The notes beneath the pieces were generated by a model that worked only from the letters and a program-made list of their open reading frames with translations, searched no databases and was not told the origin of the DNA. The position numbers were made by a program, and so were the translations under genes. Below are positions 62,673-64,000 of a stretch of DNA of 64,000 nt, piece by piece. Numbering within the stretch: position 1 is the first letter of the stretch; every line of letters begins with the position of its first letter. Source of the DNA: Massalongia carnosa (Eukaryota); assembly GCA_965645245.1 (NCBI GenBank), contig OZ287069.1, forward strand, positions 310,001 through 374,000. The letters are read 5' to 3'.

Positions 62673-64000
62673 GAGGGGTGACTGTATAACTCAGAGGTTT
62701 TGTAATTTTCCTATCTTTTAGCTGCCGCAGCCGCTTAATAAGCATCCTACCCCTACCTACCCCTCCCTACCTACATCTCCCTACATACCAACTCACCCTG
62801 CTGTCGCCAAGTTTTGAAGTTATTCAACTCGCCGACATAGAACCCTCCCCCGGCGCCCCCCCGGCGCCCACATAAAAATTCCCGCCGCTGCCCACATAAA
62901 AAATTTCCCGCGGCCCCTAATAAAATCCCCCCTATTTCCCTCTTTATTCGTCATCATCCCGCCGACGATTCCTACTCTCCTCCGCCGCCATCGTCATCGC
63001 CAGCGTCGTCGTCTCCTCATCTTCCAACTCCTGCAAGGCCTCCTCCACCCCCCGTCTTCTGATTGGTCCAGTCAACTTCTCCAACCAGTCTAGCCATCGC
63101 TTTATTTGTGGATTTCTTTCCTCGGCAGTCCATTCGGCGGTGTACTCGGCTATTTCGTAGTATTTGTCTTTAATTGCGTCCAAAACCTCTCTCATCTGTA
63201 GCATATGTCGATCCGATCTTTCTACCTCCTTGTGATGATCAAAATCCAGCCTAGTCGACGTTTCATACACCTCGAAGCCGCTATCCTCAAACATCTCCGC
63301 CCAGACTGTCCAATTGACTTCCTGAAACGCGTCGAAAACGATGTTATAGTGCCACAAGTGTCTGCATGGGAGTTGATATTGACGCCAAAATAGACAGTCT
63401 ACAGGACAGATTAGCTCATCAGGCAGCTCACCTGCCGGCTCATCACCGTCTGCTAAACTTCTAGCGGCTAGCTTCCATTGATCAACTATGAGCATTTGCA
63501 CGGGATAGGGAAATTTTCGAAGATATGGGCATTCCTGACATTCGGGAGTCATAGTAGTACGAAAATTAGCCTCTTCGCTGCGGGCTCGATTTTCCCATTG
63601 ATCCCCGATTCGAAGCACATGGCTTGCAGCCCCGATCAGAGAAAAAGTCATGAAATGCGCTTTACCTACAGTACTAATTAGTATGACGAATGAAGCTCAA
63701 GAAATAGTCTCACCGTCAGCATGCTTTTTAATAGATGCGTGCCAGGATTCTACCGCATTAGTCGTCATGCACTGCAGTAAAATGCATGAATGCTGACGTG
63801 CGTAATTAGCCCATTTGGATTTAGTCTGCACCCATTCTCGATCTATATATTGACGTTTTTCTTCAGGGGCAGCTGCCAATGCCTTTTTGAGACTATCATC
63901 GCATCCGAGCTCCGTTTTTCTGAAATATAGAGCATCATACAAATGCTTTTTTGCATTTTTGCAATTGGGACCGACCAATTTTCGATTCAGGGTACGCTCG
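62673..64000 (-). mobile_element. Second MULE family (B), 3' end, inserted in MULE A; runs off the window
   Basis: MULE A reading breaks at GAGGGGTGACTGTATAAC. Minus-strand transposase pieces: KWANYARQH...MTTNAVESWHASIKK and SWIM-like CPVDCLFWRQYQLPCRHLW. Confidence 0.78.

Overview
Eukaryotic DNA from a filamentous ascomycete (Pezizomycotina), with GT-AG introns, CTRAC branch points and typical fungal genes. Core genes found: SGF29, PMI40, MBP1-like APSES/ankyrin factor, a SIKE/SCI1-like coiled-coil protein, an MFS transporter, an HD-domain hydrolase, HCS1/IGHMBP2 helicase, glutathione peroxidase, RIB1, a bZIP-DUF3425 factor, MCM2, Mlo2/UBR7 and PRM10. Several accessory islands sit between them. 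(1) About 2.3-8.7 kb: a decayed DUF3435 tyrosine recombinase (Starship captain-like) followed by eroded cargo-like ORFs and a solo LTR. (2) About 17.5-20.9 kb: eroded sequence plus a MITE. (3) About 44.6-55.6 kb: a divergent, decayed casein-kinase-1/PD-(D/E)XK-like gene pair, a Fot1/pogo element, and a Tc1 element carrying four nested insertions with readable TSDs. (4) From 59.6 kb to the end: a second Tc1 hit by the same MULE family, which is itself hit by another MULE. Also notable are a spliced secreted protein with a hydrophobin-like 8-Cys pattern missed by the ORF track, and a G-to-A hypermutation signature biased to GpG (CpC) rather than the canonical RIP CpA. All family calls are by motif recognition; no searches were run.
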